Notes under the pieces: generated by a model | Seen by the model: only the letters and a program-made list of their open reading frames with translations | Databases searched by the model: none | What the model was told of the DNA's origin: nothing | Source of the DNA: Tubulanus polymorphus | Taxonomy: Eukaryota > Animalia > Nemertea | Direction: 5' to 3' | Assembly (NCBI RefSeq): GCF_964204645.1 | Contig: NC_134028.1 | Span: 21,386,345-21,450,344 of the forward strand | Length of the DNA stretch: 64,000 bases | In this document: positions 22,201 to 34,729 of the stretch, piece after piece | Layout: each line of letters starts with the position of its first letter | How positions within the stretch are numbered: position 1 is the stretch's first letter | Program-made: the position numbers and the translations under genes

Positions 22201-23460
22201 TGAGCGGAAGTTGTGTTAGTATTAACATCAGAATTCTTTTGATAAGTACATTAATTTGAATGATGTTTGTTTCTGCAAAATTCTACAACAGAATTTCGAT
22301 TTGCACTTTCTTGCTACATGATGACCAAAACAACTGAGTTAGGCGCAATAAACACAAGGACGATCATTTCAGCCGTTCACACGGGCGTGAAACAAAATTG
22401 CGCTGCAGTTTTTTTTCTTGATCTCAAATGAAGATGATTGCTCAGCCGAACCTAACAGATTAATTTCGGAATGTAAAAAAGTACGGAGATTTTCTTAGTT
22501 TATATGGGTTTTACCGCCATCCAGGCGAGCTATATTCGTAATAACGCATATTTGAAGTTTCTCGATTAAAACGGATACTAATAGATCTGAAAACGAACTT
22601 CGCTAAGGCTTCTAAACATCGAATCAATTTTTCCACATTATCATAAAAATCACGTAACGTATTGTAATGACGGAGGCTGCAAACTGATCAGTGACTGTAA
22701 ATGTGCATGAGCGACTTAGTCCTTCTGTCCATACATATAGTGAACAAAATATCAAGAGCTATCTGATAACTTGCTTCTGCACGTGTTGGACCACCTATAG
22801 TTTGTTCCGCTTCACCGGCAAGTAATGACTTAAGATAGTTGAACTTCTGAACAGCACTAAGATTTTGTGTATTACGGTTTGATAACTGTTGGTGTCAAAA
22901 ACCCATCTAAGTGTAAGATGTTATTTTGCCTCTGAATTTAGGCAAATCTAGTTAGTTTTGGTATTTTTCTGTTGTCAATGTTCTCTTGACGAAATTCGAT
23001 TTATCTGAATTGATAAAATTGACTTACCGAGTCTCAATTTTTCGAGCTCAATACCCTCTGAATATACATCGCTTTTAGCTCCACTCCCAAATCATTTAAC
23101 GGAAGTAGCTCTTGAATGTTCTCGTCTAGTTTTCGTACGTCGCCTTATTTTCGGATGAGGTTTTCGTGCGCCGCTTGCAGTGCTGTTACATTTGGATTGA
23201 CCGCATCGTTTTCCAATTCCCCGTAGGTATTCTTCAATATCTTCGTTATGTAGCCCATGAGTGCTGTTTCCAGTCGCTCTAGCGTATCATCGCTTTTCAG
23301 CCATCATTAACGTAGGTTTTCGGCACCAAATGTCGTATTTTCCCCGGTGGGCAGACGAAATATGGACCCGAAAAACGAGAGAACTTACGAACAACGTTGT
23401 TTCTCCATACAGAACAGAATATAGCGTCCTTAAAACTTTATTCCCCGATTTCAACATCTC
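19255..23460 (-). mobile_element. Decayed BEL/Pao LTR retrotransposon, copy 1 (3' LTR and integrase core deleted); far edge of 5' LTR uncertain
   Basis: Frameshifted Pao motifs FSDSSE, SKNRVAP..TPEMELLAA, VANRVSEI, NPADLLSR, WWYGP, H..HQG...RQRYWI...CIVC, EDDIISG, KILGIEWN, DPLGFVTP. PBS TGGTGCCGAAA (complementary to tRNA-Phe 3' end) at 23318-23328 next to the LTR edge at 23331. Confidence 0.88.
19953..20737 (+). mobile_element. Non-autonomous PIF/Harbinger element with MADF/Myb-like fragment, inserted in BEL pol; copy at 50917-51750
   Basis: Imperfect TIR GGCT(GG)CTTATGTCGAC / GTCGACATAAACCATAAGCC with ATA/TTA flanks; 20341-20490 reads WTEDLETKLVELWCERPSLYDVASTLYSKQNQKDKDLKEIA. Confidence 0.75.
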
Positions 23461-25239
23461 AAGATCAGACGAAGCGCAATAACATGGTGCTTACAATTAG
23501 TAGCATTTACACGATCCATGAATTTCTGAGATTTTTCTAATTTATTCAACATAACGACGCCATTATCGGCGCCAAATTGTCTCATGCTGGTCCAGTTGTT
23601 GGCTTAGTGTTGTTGTCGACATAGTGTTTTGACTCATATTAGATGAGACGTCACAATTGGGGCTCATAATGTGGACTTATTATGGACTTTTTCTATTCTA
23701 GCCGAGTCCAATATTTTAGGCCTGTGAATAGAATACCGAACTGTTAAATTTGATTTCACGGGATATGAAATAAACCTTATGAAATATTTCGTGCTGAGTT
23801 GATAATTTATTTAACAGTTAACAATATCTAATCATTATAACTGATAATATCTGAAAATCTGCGCAGTCGACAAAAAATCATCCGGTAGAATAAAGAATTT
23901 TGAGTGCACTCTATGAAAATGTCATCCAAGGCAATTCGTTGAAAACGAGATATTATATTGAAGCGATATAAAATCATCAGAAATAAAAAGTTTTGATACG
24001 TGATACCTCAATCATTTCAATAACACTGAACGATCTGTCGATTGGATGCAGATTAATATTCCAAGTGGCCGGTAAGTGTCACGCCAGGGCTAATGGTCGA
24101 GTAATATTTCAGAACAACAACTCACAAACAGAAAACAATCTACAGATTGAAAGATAAACAAAAATCCTATAAACCCTGAATATAGAAATCCAGCGTCTCA
24201 TCGACCAACGACCCTTTGATCTTACACCGCAATTCAGGCCCCTTCGTTTGAAAGTCGACAGTTTTGGTCAAATAAAAAAGATGCCCTGTTTCTTAATAAC
24301 CACAGCAACACGAAGATATCAGATGAGGGTGGCGGGAGGTTTTCATTTTTTTCTAGTTTTAAAAAGTCGCAATAAAACTTTGCGAACTTATAATGAGGGT
24401 GAGTAATTATTATTTTTATTTTACGGCAATATTCACTTGTTCCCAAGAGATTTTCCAAACCTTTTTTTCAACTATTTCAAAAATAAAATGAATTGTAAGA
24501 CAACGAGTTTAAAAAAGAAAATGAACTTTCATGTAAAATATCATTTCATAGTAAATTTCATTTGTCACTTTAGAATTATAATTCGGGTGGGTTTTTTACC
24601 TTTTTGAAGGTAATTCTTTCGATGCAGGCGGTGATGAGAAACAAGGTATCTTTTTTAATTATTGAAAATCTTTGGTTACTACTTGAACATTTATAGCGTA
24701 TAGTAGGACTCGGAAGAGCCGAACTACAAATAATGGCAGTTCGTTTACAGTATCAGATAAAACATGGAACGGAAGCTCAGTTGGTTTGGATAGTGGTTAA
24801 TGTTTACGGTAATGACGCATGTAGAAAATGAGGAAGAAAAGCTGTACAAGGGAATTGTCACATTTCATCATTTCTCACGTGGAAAATACTCCAATATTGA
24901 GATAAATGATCCGTATTTCTTTCTGTTCCATTCCAAATCTAAATGGTGGCGATGGGAATCGCTTGAATAAATGTGCCTTCGACGTAACATTTCATCTCTC
25001 CTGAAAATCCTTACCTCCGAATAAATGAAAAGATAATGTAATGTAATATAAATTGTCACGCGCACGAGTCATGCAGGAGTGATTACCTCCTATACGTATT
25101 TTACCATCACCCAGAACAGAAAACTAGATTGAAATCGCTTATTGAGATACGTTTAATTCACGACAGAAGTTTTCTCTGCGAAGTTTGTTCACGTTTCTCT
25201 GCGAATACAGTTCACAAACGCGCCAAGAGACAGTCACAG

Positions 25240-25245
25240 TATAAA
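25240..25245 (+). promoter_or_regulatory. Candidate TATA box of the family B GPCR
   Basis: TATAAA about 60 nt upstream of ATG 25301. Confidence 0.4.
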
Positions 25246-25300
25246 CTGAGCTTCAGAAGCTCACCGAGAAACATCGACAACGACAGACAATTTACTAACA

Positions 25301-28300
25301 ATGACACGTTCAAATCGTCTACGATTTCTCCTGATTTTCTCATGTCTATGTAAGTAAATCGTTATTTACTACGATCATTAGTTTCGAAAAGTAAAGATTG
25401 AAGATATTTTGAAAAACCTTTAAGATCTAAAAAGATTTTAAAAGTTAAAGCGATTTCGCTCAAAATTCGATATTCGATTCGAAGGTTTAAGATTTTGTAG
25501 AGTCAAATTAAGAATTTTGATGTTTTACTTGATGAAAACCTTATATAACTCTTTTTTACGTTTCTTGTGAATGTTCATACAAAGGGGCGTCTGGTCAAAC
25601 ATGTCTGTTAAAGGACATTTATCAAACAAAATATTTTCAAAGATTAGAAATGATTTTTAATGCCAAACGATTAGATTTCTGGATTCCTAAGATTAACCCT
25701 AACTTAAAGAAGTTTCCAGTTTCTAGGCACCATTTTATGGCAGTCCCTCGAGGTCTATTGTTGCGATAATTTGCGCTCATTTTTAAAACATAAGTTTAGA
25801 TTGAATATCATATAGATCTGCAGTCCCTTGCGCGATGAACTTAATTTAAACACCATTTTAACGGAAATGAAATGCAGATATATGCCGGTGATTCTTGATG
25901 TCAAATTGTCTGATATTTCTGGTATGTTTCACGTGGATCGAATTCTTATCGGCGATTCAACCGAATTCAAAACGAACTGTGAAAATGCAGCGAACATTCG
26001 TATATGTTCTCATTGTGGAGGTCATCATCTCTACATTGTCCCCAATCGCAGGTACTTTTTCTTATTACATTTTTGAACGCAACAATTTAGAGCAGTGACG
26101 ATGTGAAACCAAGGACCCTTAACCGCGCGAAAAAAATCGCGATATTTATTGATTTTGAAATATCTAAGTATCTCTTTAAGCTATATTTCCAATTTTCAAT
26201 TAAGGAGGGTTATTTGCAGTTTGAGCCTGCGTTAAATTTTTGTTTTGAATTTCTTTCCTGACGACTGATCTGTAACCGCTTGAGTTTAAGATTACGCGCC
26301 AAAGGGGTCTCCCACTGCGCATCTCAATTCTCTGAACATTGAGATTTGCGATAAGAAATCACGAAAATAAAATTTTATACTGGTTTGTTATTATTAATAT
26401 TGCTTCTTATGGTTATATATTACCTTTATTTTTGTATGGTTAAAAATAGACTTTGTGTCCTTTGAGGAATTCGAGTTTTGTAGCGTCGGGATATCAAAGG
26501 ATTTCTTGTAAGAAAGGGCACTTTCTGTGCCGATTGCAAAGGTAGGCCTAGTTGAGAGCTACTTTGCGTTCAGAGAAATTGCGATGGGAGACCCCTTTGG
26601 TGCGTAATCTCAAACTCAAGCGGTTACAGATCTGTCGTCAGGAAAGATATTCAAAAATTTTTTACGCAGGCCCAAATTGCAAACAACCTCTTTAACCTCT
26701 GTAAAAATTGGAAATATAGCTTAAAGAGATACTTAGATATTTCAAAATCAATAAATATCGCGATTTTTTTGTACGCGCCGTTAAGATATGCAGTCCTTGT
26801 TTTCACATCGTCACTGCTCACAATTGTTGCGTTCAAAAAATCCAAGAATCACCGGCAAATATCATATCTGCATTTCCTTTAAAATGGTGTTTAAATTAAG
26901 TTCGTCGAGCAAGGGACTGCAGAACTATATAGAAACTGAAACCTTCTTCGCTTTTATTATTACACTGCATGATAATGAAGAAGATATTTGAATGTGGCAT
27001 TATTTGATTTTTATAATACCCATTTACGGGGTGAAGTCGAAAGTTTCAGATAAACTGCTTTATTCTTTACTTCATGTTAAAAATAGCTAATAACAATAAT
27101 GTATTTGGTCATTTCTTTTGTTCTTTGATAAATAGACAGCATATCAGCCAAATTATAAGAGATGAAATTTGCAAGTTTGTTTAGTACGGAATACGTGCTG
27201 GAGACACATTCGTGAAACAGTTTTTCAAATTCGGAATAAACTTGTTTTTTTATGTGTATTGAAATGATTTTTTTCCGGAATAAATTACCGAGCTTTCCGA
27301 AAAAATGTTCTATAATCGTAATTTTCAGCATATTTTGGGTGTAGCTCGGTGGGTTCTGCATTCGATTGGATTTTTTTTTGATTTATCAAAAGCTTTTGAC
27401 ACATTGATCACCTCCTACATAAACTTAGTTATCAATTGGTATCGAAGGCGTAGTACTGTTTCACAGTCAACCATGTGTAGCTGCAAATATCCAAATTGAA
27501 GATATCAACTCAACTGCTTTTAACATTGACATTATAGTTACCCGGGGCTCCATTTTAGGTCTATTACTCTATATCGTATATCAATGACTGCGCCAAAGGA
27601 TCTAATGTATTTTATAGATATGCATATGATTGTTGTCAGTCTGTCCGATTGGACGTACATATATTTTGTTTAATACTTTAGGTAGGGAAATGCTCGGAAA
27701 AGGAACTCCCATCGGTCCATTTATAAAGTTGTACACCAAAATATACGAGCGACCAAAAATAGAAGTTGATCAGGATGGAATTGGTGTTGCAGTGTGTCAC
27801 AGATATGATCATTCGTGCACTCGATACAGCTGCGATTGCTCCGTTTTAGGTAATTGTTGCGACCACAAATCCGTCAAGTGCGCGACGTCTAGCATAACGA
27901 GAAACGCCATAGAAAATCACCTTCCTAGCATCGGGTGCATCAAAGTGCCCATGAAGGATGGCTATCCGGTTACATTTTTTGCAATCAACCGATGTCCCGA
28001 TGATTACACCGAAGATATGGCCATTAAGATGAATTGCGAATCTTTGCCTTCAAACCTACTGACAGAAATGCCTGTGTACAGAGATAACTGGTTACCGTAT
28101 AAAAACATGTACTGCGCCATGTGTCACGGATTAAACACCAGTGAATTTCAACACGCCTTGGTTAACATTCGATGTTCTGGTGATAATATCGTGCTCATGG
28201 AAGTCGTAGAGGATCTGAGACAGGCAGCAATTGCTCCGATAAAGCGTCTACCCCCACAATGCCGATATACTTTTCTGAAGCCTCCATTAACACATGTATT

Positions 28301-30170
28301 ACTGCATCTCTGCTCAAACAAATTTCCTTTCCAAGATCATGTGTGTCCACGGACACCGGATAATTCAATTCTAAGAACTAGATGTAAACAAATATATAAT
28401 CCAATATCGGCTATAATTAAAGGTCAGTTGAGATATTTTCGCAACTCGTACTGTTTGAGATGTCAGTTTCCCGATTTGGCACAGAACGCGTTGGTGTGTA
28501 TAGCTGAACAGTACGAACAAAGAATTTATGGTCTGAATATTCTACTCGATTTCAACCTCGTGAATGGTCTCGCGTTCCATTTTGATGATCAGCAAAGGAT
28601 TTTACTGTTTCCAATTGAAGATCTCGCGTGTTCTAAAACTACTGAAATATTCGACAAGGAAACATACGCATGTCGAAATGAGGGCTGTTTGCTTGGATAC
28701 CTCAGACGCGGTGACACATGTCCCCTAGAATTCAATGATTGGCCAAAGGTTAGATTTCACATACGCGTTAGGTTAATCATCGGTTTTACCGAGACTCAAC
28801 GTGTACTCATGGAAAATATAAGATATAAATTAGAATATTGGTTTAATCCAAAGTGTAATCGAGCTATAGATCGGATGAAAATAAACGAAATCGGCAAAAT
28901 GACGACCATCTCTAATAATTCATACATGAGACAGCTTGAAATTTTTGAAAAGTTCGACGCTTCCGGGGTTAAGAGACCTTTCATGGAGATGAAGCGAATC
29001 GTTAGCAAGTATGAGTCTATACTCTATTGCTCATTTGGACTTGACGGAAGTGACGTCAACATTGCTGAATATGAATTTGTGATGACAAGTGAAATGGAAA
29101 ATACAATCTGCACCGGAGAAACTGAATTAACGACCGAGAATAATATAACTGAGTTTGAAGAAAAAGATGAATTCACGGACGATGGAAACTTTTTACACTT
29201 CAACATATATCAGTTGATATTCAATGGCCAAAACAAGTCGACGAAATACGGAAGTTGTTTAACGAAAAAGACTGACTGTATTAGAACTCATGTCCCTGGA
29301 CGGGGTATGGTTTGTCGGACGTCGAAAATAAGATTCGATGACCTTGACCTGTTTACTGATCGAGATTTTCTCATTACGTTCGTGTGCAGTTGTCTGTCGA
29401 TTATTTGTCTCGTAGTCACTGTCGTTATTTATTTCATTTTTCCGACTCTTCTGACTTTCCCCGGAAAACTCATCGTAAACTTCTGTATAAGTCTCGCAAT
29501 AGCTCAAACGCTGCATATATCCACATTTGGTTTGAGTAACAGGTTATTGTGCGTCGGTATGGCTGCCTTAAAACACTATATTTGGTTGGTCGTTTTCATG
29601 TCAATGGCGGCTATAGCGATTCACCTGGTGCGTACATTTTCAAGCATTGATAAATTATCCAACTCTCGAAAGGTTTTAGGTTTATATTTGTCAACGGTGT
29701 GGATTTGTCCTATCATAATCGTCGGACCCTGTATTTTCCTCCATTCAACCCACGTGACGACCTTTTCCATGATGATCTACGGAAGCCCTCGCACCTGTTG
29801 GTTCAAACATAAAGCTTTCTTGTTGTTCGCTTTCGTTTTACCAATCGGAATTCTCGATTTAGTCGGTTTTATTTCGTTACTAGTTACAATTCATCAAATT
29901 CGTCGATCAACTTTCAAGACTTCAGGTTCAAAAGACAAAAGGAATACGACACTTATTTTCTATCGGATGGCATTGGTGACAGGAGTGACTTGGATCATAG
30001 GATTCATTGCATCGTTTGTCAATAATGATTTTCTCTGGTACTTCTTCAATGTGCTCAATTCTTCTCAAGGATTTCTCATATTTTTGTCTTTCATCGCTAA
30101 CAAAAGAATCTTCGCTTTCTTCAAGTATGAATTCAAAATTGGTGATTGCTGTTCGAGTATTTCTGAGTAG
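25301..30170 (+). CDS. Family B Methuselah/adhesion-like GPCR with Cys-rich ectodomain; proposed exons 25301-25349 and 27682-30170
   Basis: Somatomedin-B-like CSCD-type/CC cluster (YSCDCSVLGNCCD), two Y(K/FR)NxYCxxC repeats, 7TM with TFPGKLIVNFC, HYIWL, CW, GVTWIIGF, NSSQGFLIF. Phase-1 donor GTAAGT at 25350 matches phase-1 acceptor TTTAG ending 27681. AATAAA follows the stop. Confidence 0.85.
25813..26927. mobile_element. TA-flanked foldback non-autonomous DNA transposon with long degenerate TIRs, inside the GPCR intron; copy at 56826-57940
   Basis: TAGATCTGCAGTCCCTTG... / ...CAAGGGACTGCAGAACTA; ~26080-26345 pairs with ~26570-26835. Confidence 0.8.
27365..27625 (+). mobile_element. CR1-group LINE reverse-transcriptase relic; copy at ~58378-58638
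   Basis: FFDLSKAFDT and broken GSILGLLL..YIND motifs. Confidence 0.7.
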
Positions 30171-30287
30171 AATAAAAACTTCAGACTCCACGCAACATTT
30201 TCAGGTTACGCATTGACAAAAAGGTGGTTGTCGGATTTGAAATAAATTTCTCAACAGTCCATATGCTATGGAATTCCTCAAGGGCCA

Positions 30288-30475
30288 TACGACTTACGAG
30301 TTACGATTTACGAATTACGAGTAACGTTTTACGAGTTACTGATACAATTCCTTCAATACGTTACGACTTACGATTTACGACTTACGTTTTACGACTTACT
30401 TTTTACTTACTTTTACGATTTACGACTTACTTTCCTTGTCGAATATTTCAGTAGTTTTACGAATTACGAGTTAGT
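30288..30475 (+). repeat. 7-bp minisatellite (TTACGAN)n; copy at ~61299-61487
   Basis: TTACGAC/G/T/A units directly visible. Confidence 0.85.
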
Positions 30476-31630
30476 TGTTTGGCGTTTCGGTTCAATTTAT
30501 CACCGAAAGTTCAAGGACAAGTGAATTATGAAAAGTAACATTGGCACGAGCTTTCATGAGCACTGTATGTGATGGGTGTAGTTTTAGCCGAATTTTAATT
30601 TTGTAACGATGATGGATGGCTGCATGCAGCCCAAACGATGGTGTCTTTAAAAATGAATAGATTTCTAAATTGTTGAAAACATAAATTAAACGACTTGTTC
30701 TAGGGATCGGGATCACTGATGGTCCAATTATATCGCCGGCCCGTGTGTTCCATGAAGTAGCTTTTAAAATCAATTCCAGCTAAGATACATAGTCTATTGA
30801 AATATCGTCTATTATCGTGCCGTGTGTAATTTATCTTTTTCAACATTTGATAGATTTTGACGCCGTACCGACCGGTTGGTCACCGCGCAGGATTTTCTGT
30901 CGTGATCTCACTATCTGCAATAGATACTCTTAATTATTATTCTGTTTGAAATGACAATTCGACTTCATTCTGTGTAATCATCATTATCTTTTTACGTAAT
31001 ACATGCCTAGGTTAGGTCTCCGTAGGCAGTTGCAGAAATGGTGAAATTGTGAGCATATATCTTTCCTAATTTCAACTAAGAAAATGCTCGGAATGCGCAT
31101 AAATGCAGCTTTTTTTCAGCTGATGCTAGTATCAAATTTACTGCTTGGAATAAGTAACCTATTGCCAGGGAATAGAAAAATGCACGTCTATGAAACAGAA
31201 ATTCCCCTAGTACTCAATGTGATCCCTGGGATAAGTGATTCGATGCCAGGGAATAAGCCTATTCTATATCTATGTTTTTAATTCCTCAGCGGTATAGTTT
31301 CTTTCCTTGGTTCAGCGAAGACAGTCTTCACGCCCGTAGACAGGATGTTTAGAAGGCGGCTCCCGCTCTAAACGCTAATTGATCTCAAACACAACTGTGG
31401 GACTGGATCCTGAACTGAAAGATTGTTATTTATTATGTGGGATATTATTAGAACTATTTCTTCTGCACCGGAACGGTGATTTTAAGCGGTAAAAAGATTT
31501 TGACGCTGCAGAATATTCGATAGTTAAATCGTGGTTTAAATTACTATTGTTGATTCAATCTTAACTTTCATCTTGTTTCATCTTGTATTTGATTTGTGTG
31601 AGAGTAATAATAATAATTAATACAAGGATA

Positions 31631-32541
31631 CGGAAGCGATAAGGGGCCTCGAGATGTCGCGTTCTAACTCGACAAGTCGCCATATTTATGTCGACATACC
31701 GCGATTTATCGCGTCAAGTCGACATGAATATGTCGACATATCGTGACGTTTTGACGACATATTTCGTTCTCTCGACCACTTTCCTCGCGACAAGTCGACA
31801 TATTCATGTCGACTTGACGCGATATATCGCGATATGTCGAGATAAATATGGCGACTTGTCGAGTTGGAACGTGACAACTCGAGGCCCTTTATCGGTCATT
31901 TGAAGACACGTCGAAATAATGTAAGATGAGGACGCCACGTCACGATATGTCGACATATTCATGTCGACTTGACGCGATATATGGCGATATGCTGACATAA
32001 TTATGGCGACTTGTCGAGTTGTAACGCGACAACTGGAGGCCCTTTATCGCTTCCGTAGATTTATACGGAAGCGATAAGGGGCCTCGAGATGTCGCGTTCC
32101 AACTCGACAAGTCGTCATATTTATGTCGATATATCGCGATATATCGCGTCAAGTCGACATGAGTATGTCGATATATCTTGACGATTTGACGACATATTCC
32201 GTTTTCTCGACCATTTTCCTCGCGACAAGTCGATATATTTATGACGACTTGAAACTCAGTCGTCTTATTTCTGGTGTCTTCGTCTTCTATATCGGCGCGT
32301 CGTCAAATTTATGGCGACTTGTCGTGACCTTATTGCGACTTGTCGACAAAAAATGTCGTCATGTCACGAAGTTTATTCGACAAATCAACTTTCCAATGTC
32401 GACTGTGAAGCCGTGTCACCGAAATCATGTCGTCAGATCACGAAAGCCTTCTCGATAACTCGACAAAATTTTGTCGACTAGCGAGGATACACCGACAAGT
32501 CGATGCAGATACGTCGACTTGTTTTGACGTCGCGAAAAGTG
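31631..32541. mobile_element. Two adjacent CpG/GTCGAC-rich TA-flanked TIR elements (31631-32055 complete; 32066-~32541 one-ended); copies at 62643-63202 and 63213-63688
   Basis: TA|CGGAAGCGATAAGGGGCCTC...GAGGCCCTTTATCGCTTCCG|TA with many internal inverted subrepeats. Confidence 0.72.
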
Positions 32542-33341
32542 TCCTAATTTGTACATGCAACCGATGCAGGCCTACCACCGTTACCAGTGCCGCTGACATA
32601 CACAGGTCCAAGGAATCGTTTGTGTGTCCCAGTAAGTACATACTGATATGCACGCTGGAATCTTCTAACTATATATATATATATAAAAATCGTAAATACA
32701 ATTGTGACTTGTAAGACCATTTAGGATGGGCACCAATTTATATGTTAAGTGTTAATCTGATTATATGTGTATGTCACATAAATGAATAAATAAAATAATA
32801 AAATGAAATATTATCATTATCATTATCGTTATCATTAACACCTTATTCATCCTTGCACGTTCCATTGCACAGGGGCTCCTCGCCTCAGCACTTGCAGTTG
32901 TGTACAGCTCTAAAGCTTGCTTGGTGTCCCTCTCCGCATTGTCAATCAACTGTTCTATACATTTTGTTAATTATAAAGACTTTTGTGGAGAAAATAAATC
33001 GTATCATATCATGGAGCATTGCGACACATACCGCATCGCGCTGTTGATTTATGCTCGTAGTCCCTTATGAAGCCATGCAGGAATGGGGGATTTTTTAGAT
33101 TACCCTGAAACATAATTCAACTTCGTTGTTACAGGCCCCAGGAACTTCAGGTTATCTTCAGATTTCGAAAGGCTCATACAAATCAAGCTGCGGTGTTGCC
33201 GGATTAACAGCTTGGAACAACATTGCTAAGTTCGTCATCAAAGATTATTTCCAATAAATTTCATATCAAATTGAATCAATGTTATAATATACTAATTTAA
33301 TTCGTCAATTTATAAACTGTTCGTACTAAATATACCGTGTA

Positions 33342-33344
<3 letters not shown>

Positions 33345-33421
<77 letters not shown>
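33345..33421. repeat. (TA)n microsatellite
   Basis: Directly visible. Confidence 0.97.
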
Positions 33422-33423
<2 letters not shown>

Positions 33424-33703
33424 CACGGTAGGGAATATACATAGTTGTTATTTCATATGCATACACTATCCCATTACATTATATTTGTCATTTCAAAATA
33501 CATTTTAGAGCGAGTTAGATTGAGTTGACGATTAACGATGATACGGCTGCGCAATGGTGGAGTCTGTAGATACAACCAGTGAATCTTTGTGCATCAAATT
33601 TTCACACTGAAAGCTTCTTTTATAAATCTAAATTGAAGCTTTACGAATAGTTATATTAGTGTGTGGAGTGTATTAACTTAAGAAACATCTCACTAGCTTC
33701 AAC

Positions 33704-34702
33704 ATGAACGGAAATGGGACGACGCCGCAGTTCTCCTCGGGAAGCTCCTTGTGTTCTATAAATTTGAAACTTCAATACGCTTCATTTCCACTGCATGTCT
33801 ATATAGGAATTCCTGTAGCAGTGATAGGAATCATTCTTAATGTTCTATCAGTCGTCGTTTTGAATCAGATGTCAACAAAAAGCTTTAATTCAGCATTTTT
33901 TCTGTTGAAGTATCTTAGCCTCGCCGATAGTGTCTGTTTGGTCACCGATCTGAACTATAGGGGTTTAAGATACCTTATAACGATGATACAATTCGGGTTC
34001 GATGTATTCAGGATGTCGTCTGCGATGCAACCATTCATGCTGATTTGTACAGTAACCGCCAAGGGCATAGCTCTACAGAATCGTAATTGGACGATAGTTC
34101 TAATGAGTTTAGACAGACTCGTTCACGTTGCGTTTCCTTTTAAAGCCCTTAAATGGTTCACACGTAGGCGATGCCTTGTCGTAGTGATTTCATTGACGTT
34201 ACTTTCAATTTGTAGTCAAATGTATAAATACTTCTACCTCAGACTCAAATGGGCGAAGCGAACTTGTCCGTACAAGAAACCCGGTTATAGAGTGATTTTT
34301 GGTAGGGTAAATACATCTGTAGGTCGGTTTTACAGTCCTACCTTAAGTTCGTTGGCACCGTTAACGTTTCTCGCAGCGTTCGCGGTCGCAACGCTGATAT
34401 TAACAATGCAAATACGCAGGCGTCAAAAGGAAGTGGCTGCAAGTACTAGCGACAAAAATTCGACGCAAGCGATGAAAATGACATTATGTATCATAGGTCT
34501 ACATGCATTGTTTGAATTGCCCGGTGGAATAAACCACATTCTGATTGGTTTGAAACGTTATAAAGTGATTAGATATCCAATTGAAGGAATTGCACATCCC
34601 GTGGTTGGTTTGCTCAATAGAATCGATTCAGTTAGTAATTTCATTGTTTTTGTTCTAGCTAGTCCTTCTTTCCGTAAATCCTTTAAGAATATTCTGTTTT
34701 AA
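33704..34702 (+). CDS. Class A GPCR copy 4 (copy 3/copy 2 chimera)
   Basis: N-terminus to FFLLKYL matches copy 3; remainder matches copy 2. Confidence 0.88.
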   Translation: MNGNGTTPQFSSGSSLCSINLKLQYASFPLHVYIGIPVAVIGIILNVLSVVVLNQMSTKSFNSAFFLLKYLSLADSVCLVTDLNYRGLRYLITMIQFGFDVFRMSSAMQPFMLICTVTAKGIALQNRNWTIVLMSLDRLVHVAFPFKALKWFTRRRCLVVVISLTLLSICSQMYKYFYLRLKWAKRTCPYKKPGYRVIFGRVNTSVGRFYSPTLSSLAPLTFLAAFAVATLILTMQIRRRQKEVAASTSDKNSTQAMKMTLCIIGLHALFELPGGINHILIGLKRYKVIRYPIEGIAHPVVGLLNRIDSVSNFIVFVLASPSFRKSFKNILF

Positions 34703-34729
34703 TATCGATCATTAACACACAAAGATGAA

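Noticed and set aside
24270-24660. Degenerate ~35-bp inverted repeat pair (copy at ~55283-55673)
   Set aside because: Probably an old MITE; ends and TSD cannot be defined.
27630-27681. Track start of the 846-aa ORF
   Set aside because: TTG start lies in probable intron sequence upstream of the acceptor at 27681.
31686-32714. Cluster of short S/R/D-rich ORFs
   Set aside because: Products of the palindromic GTCGAC repeat; no domain motifs.
32990-33300. Possible LINE 3' end relic
   Set aside because: Only a WNNI-like hint; not enough to support a call.
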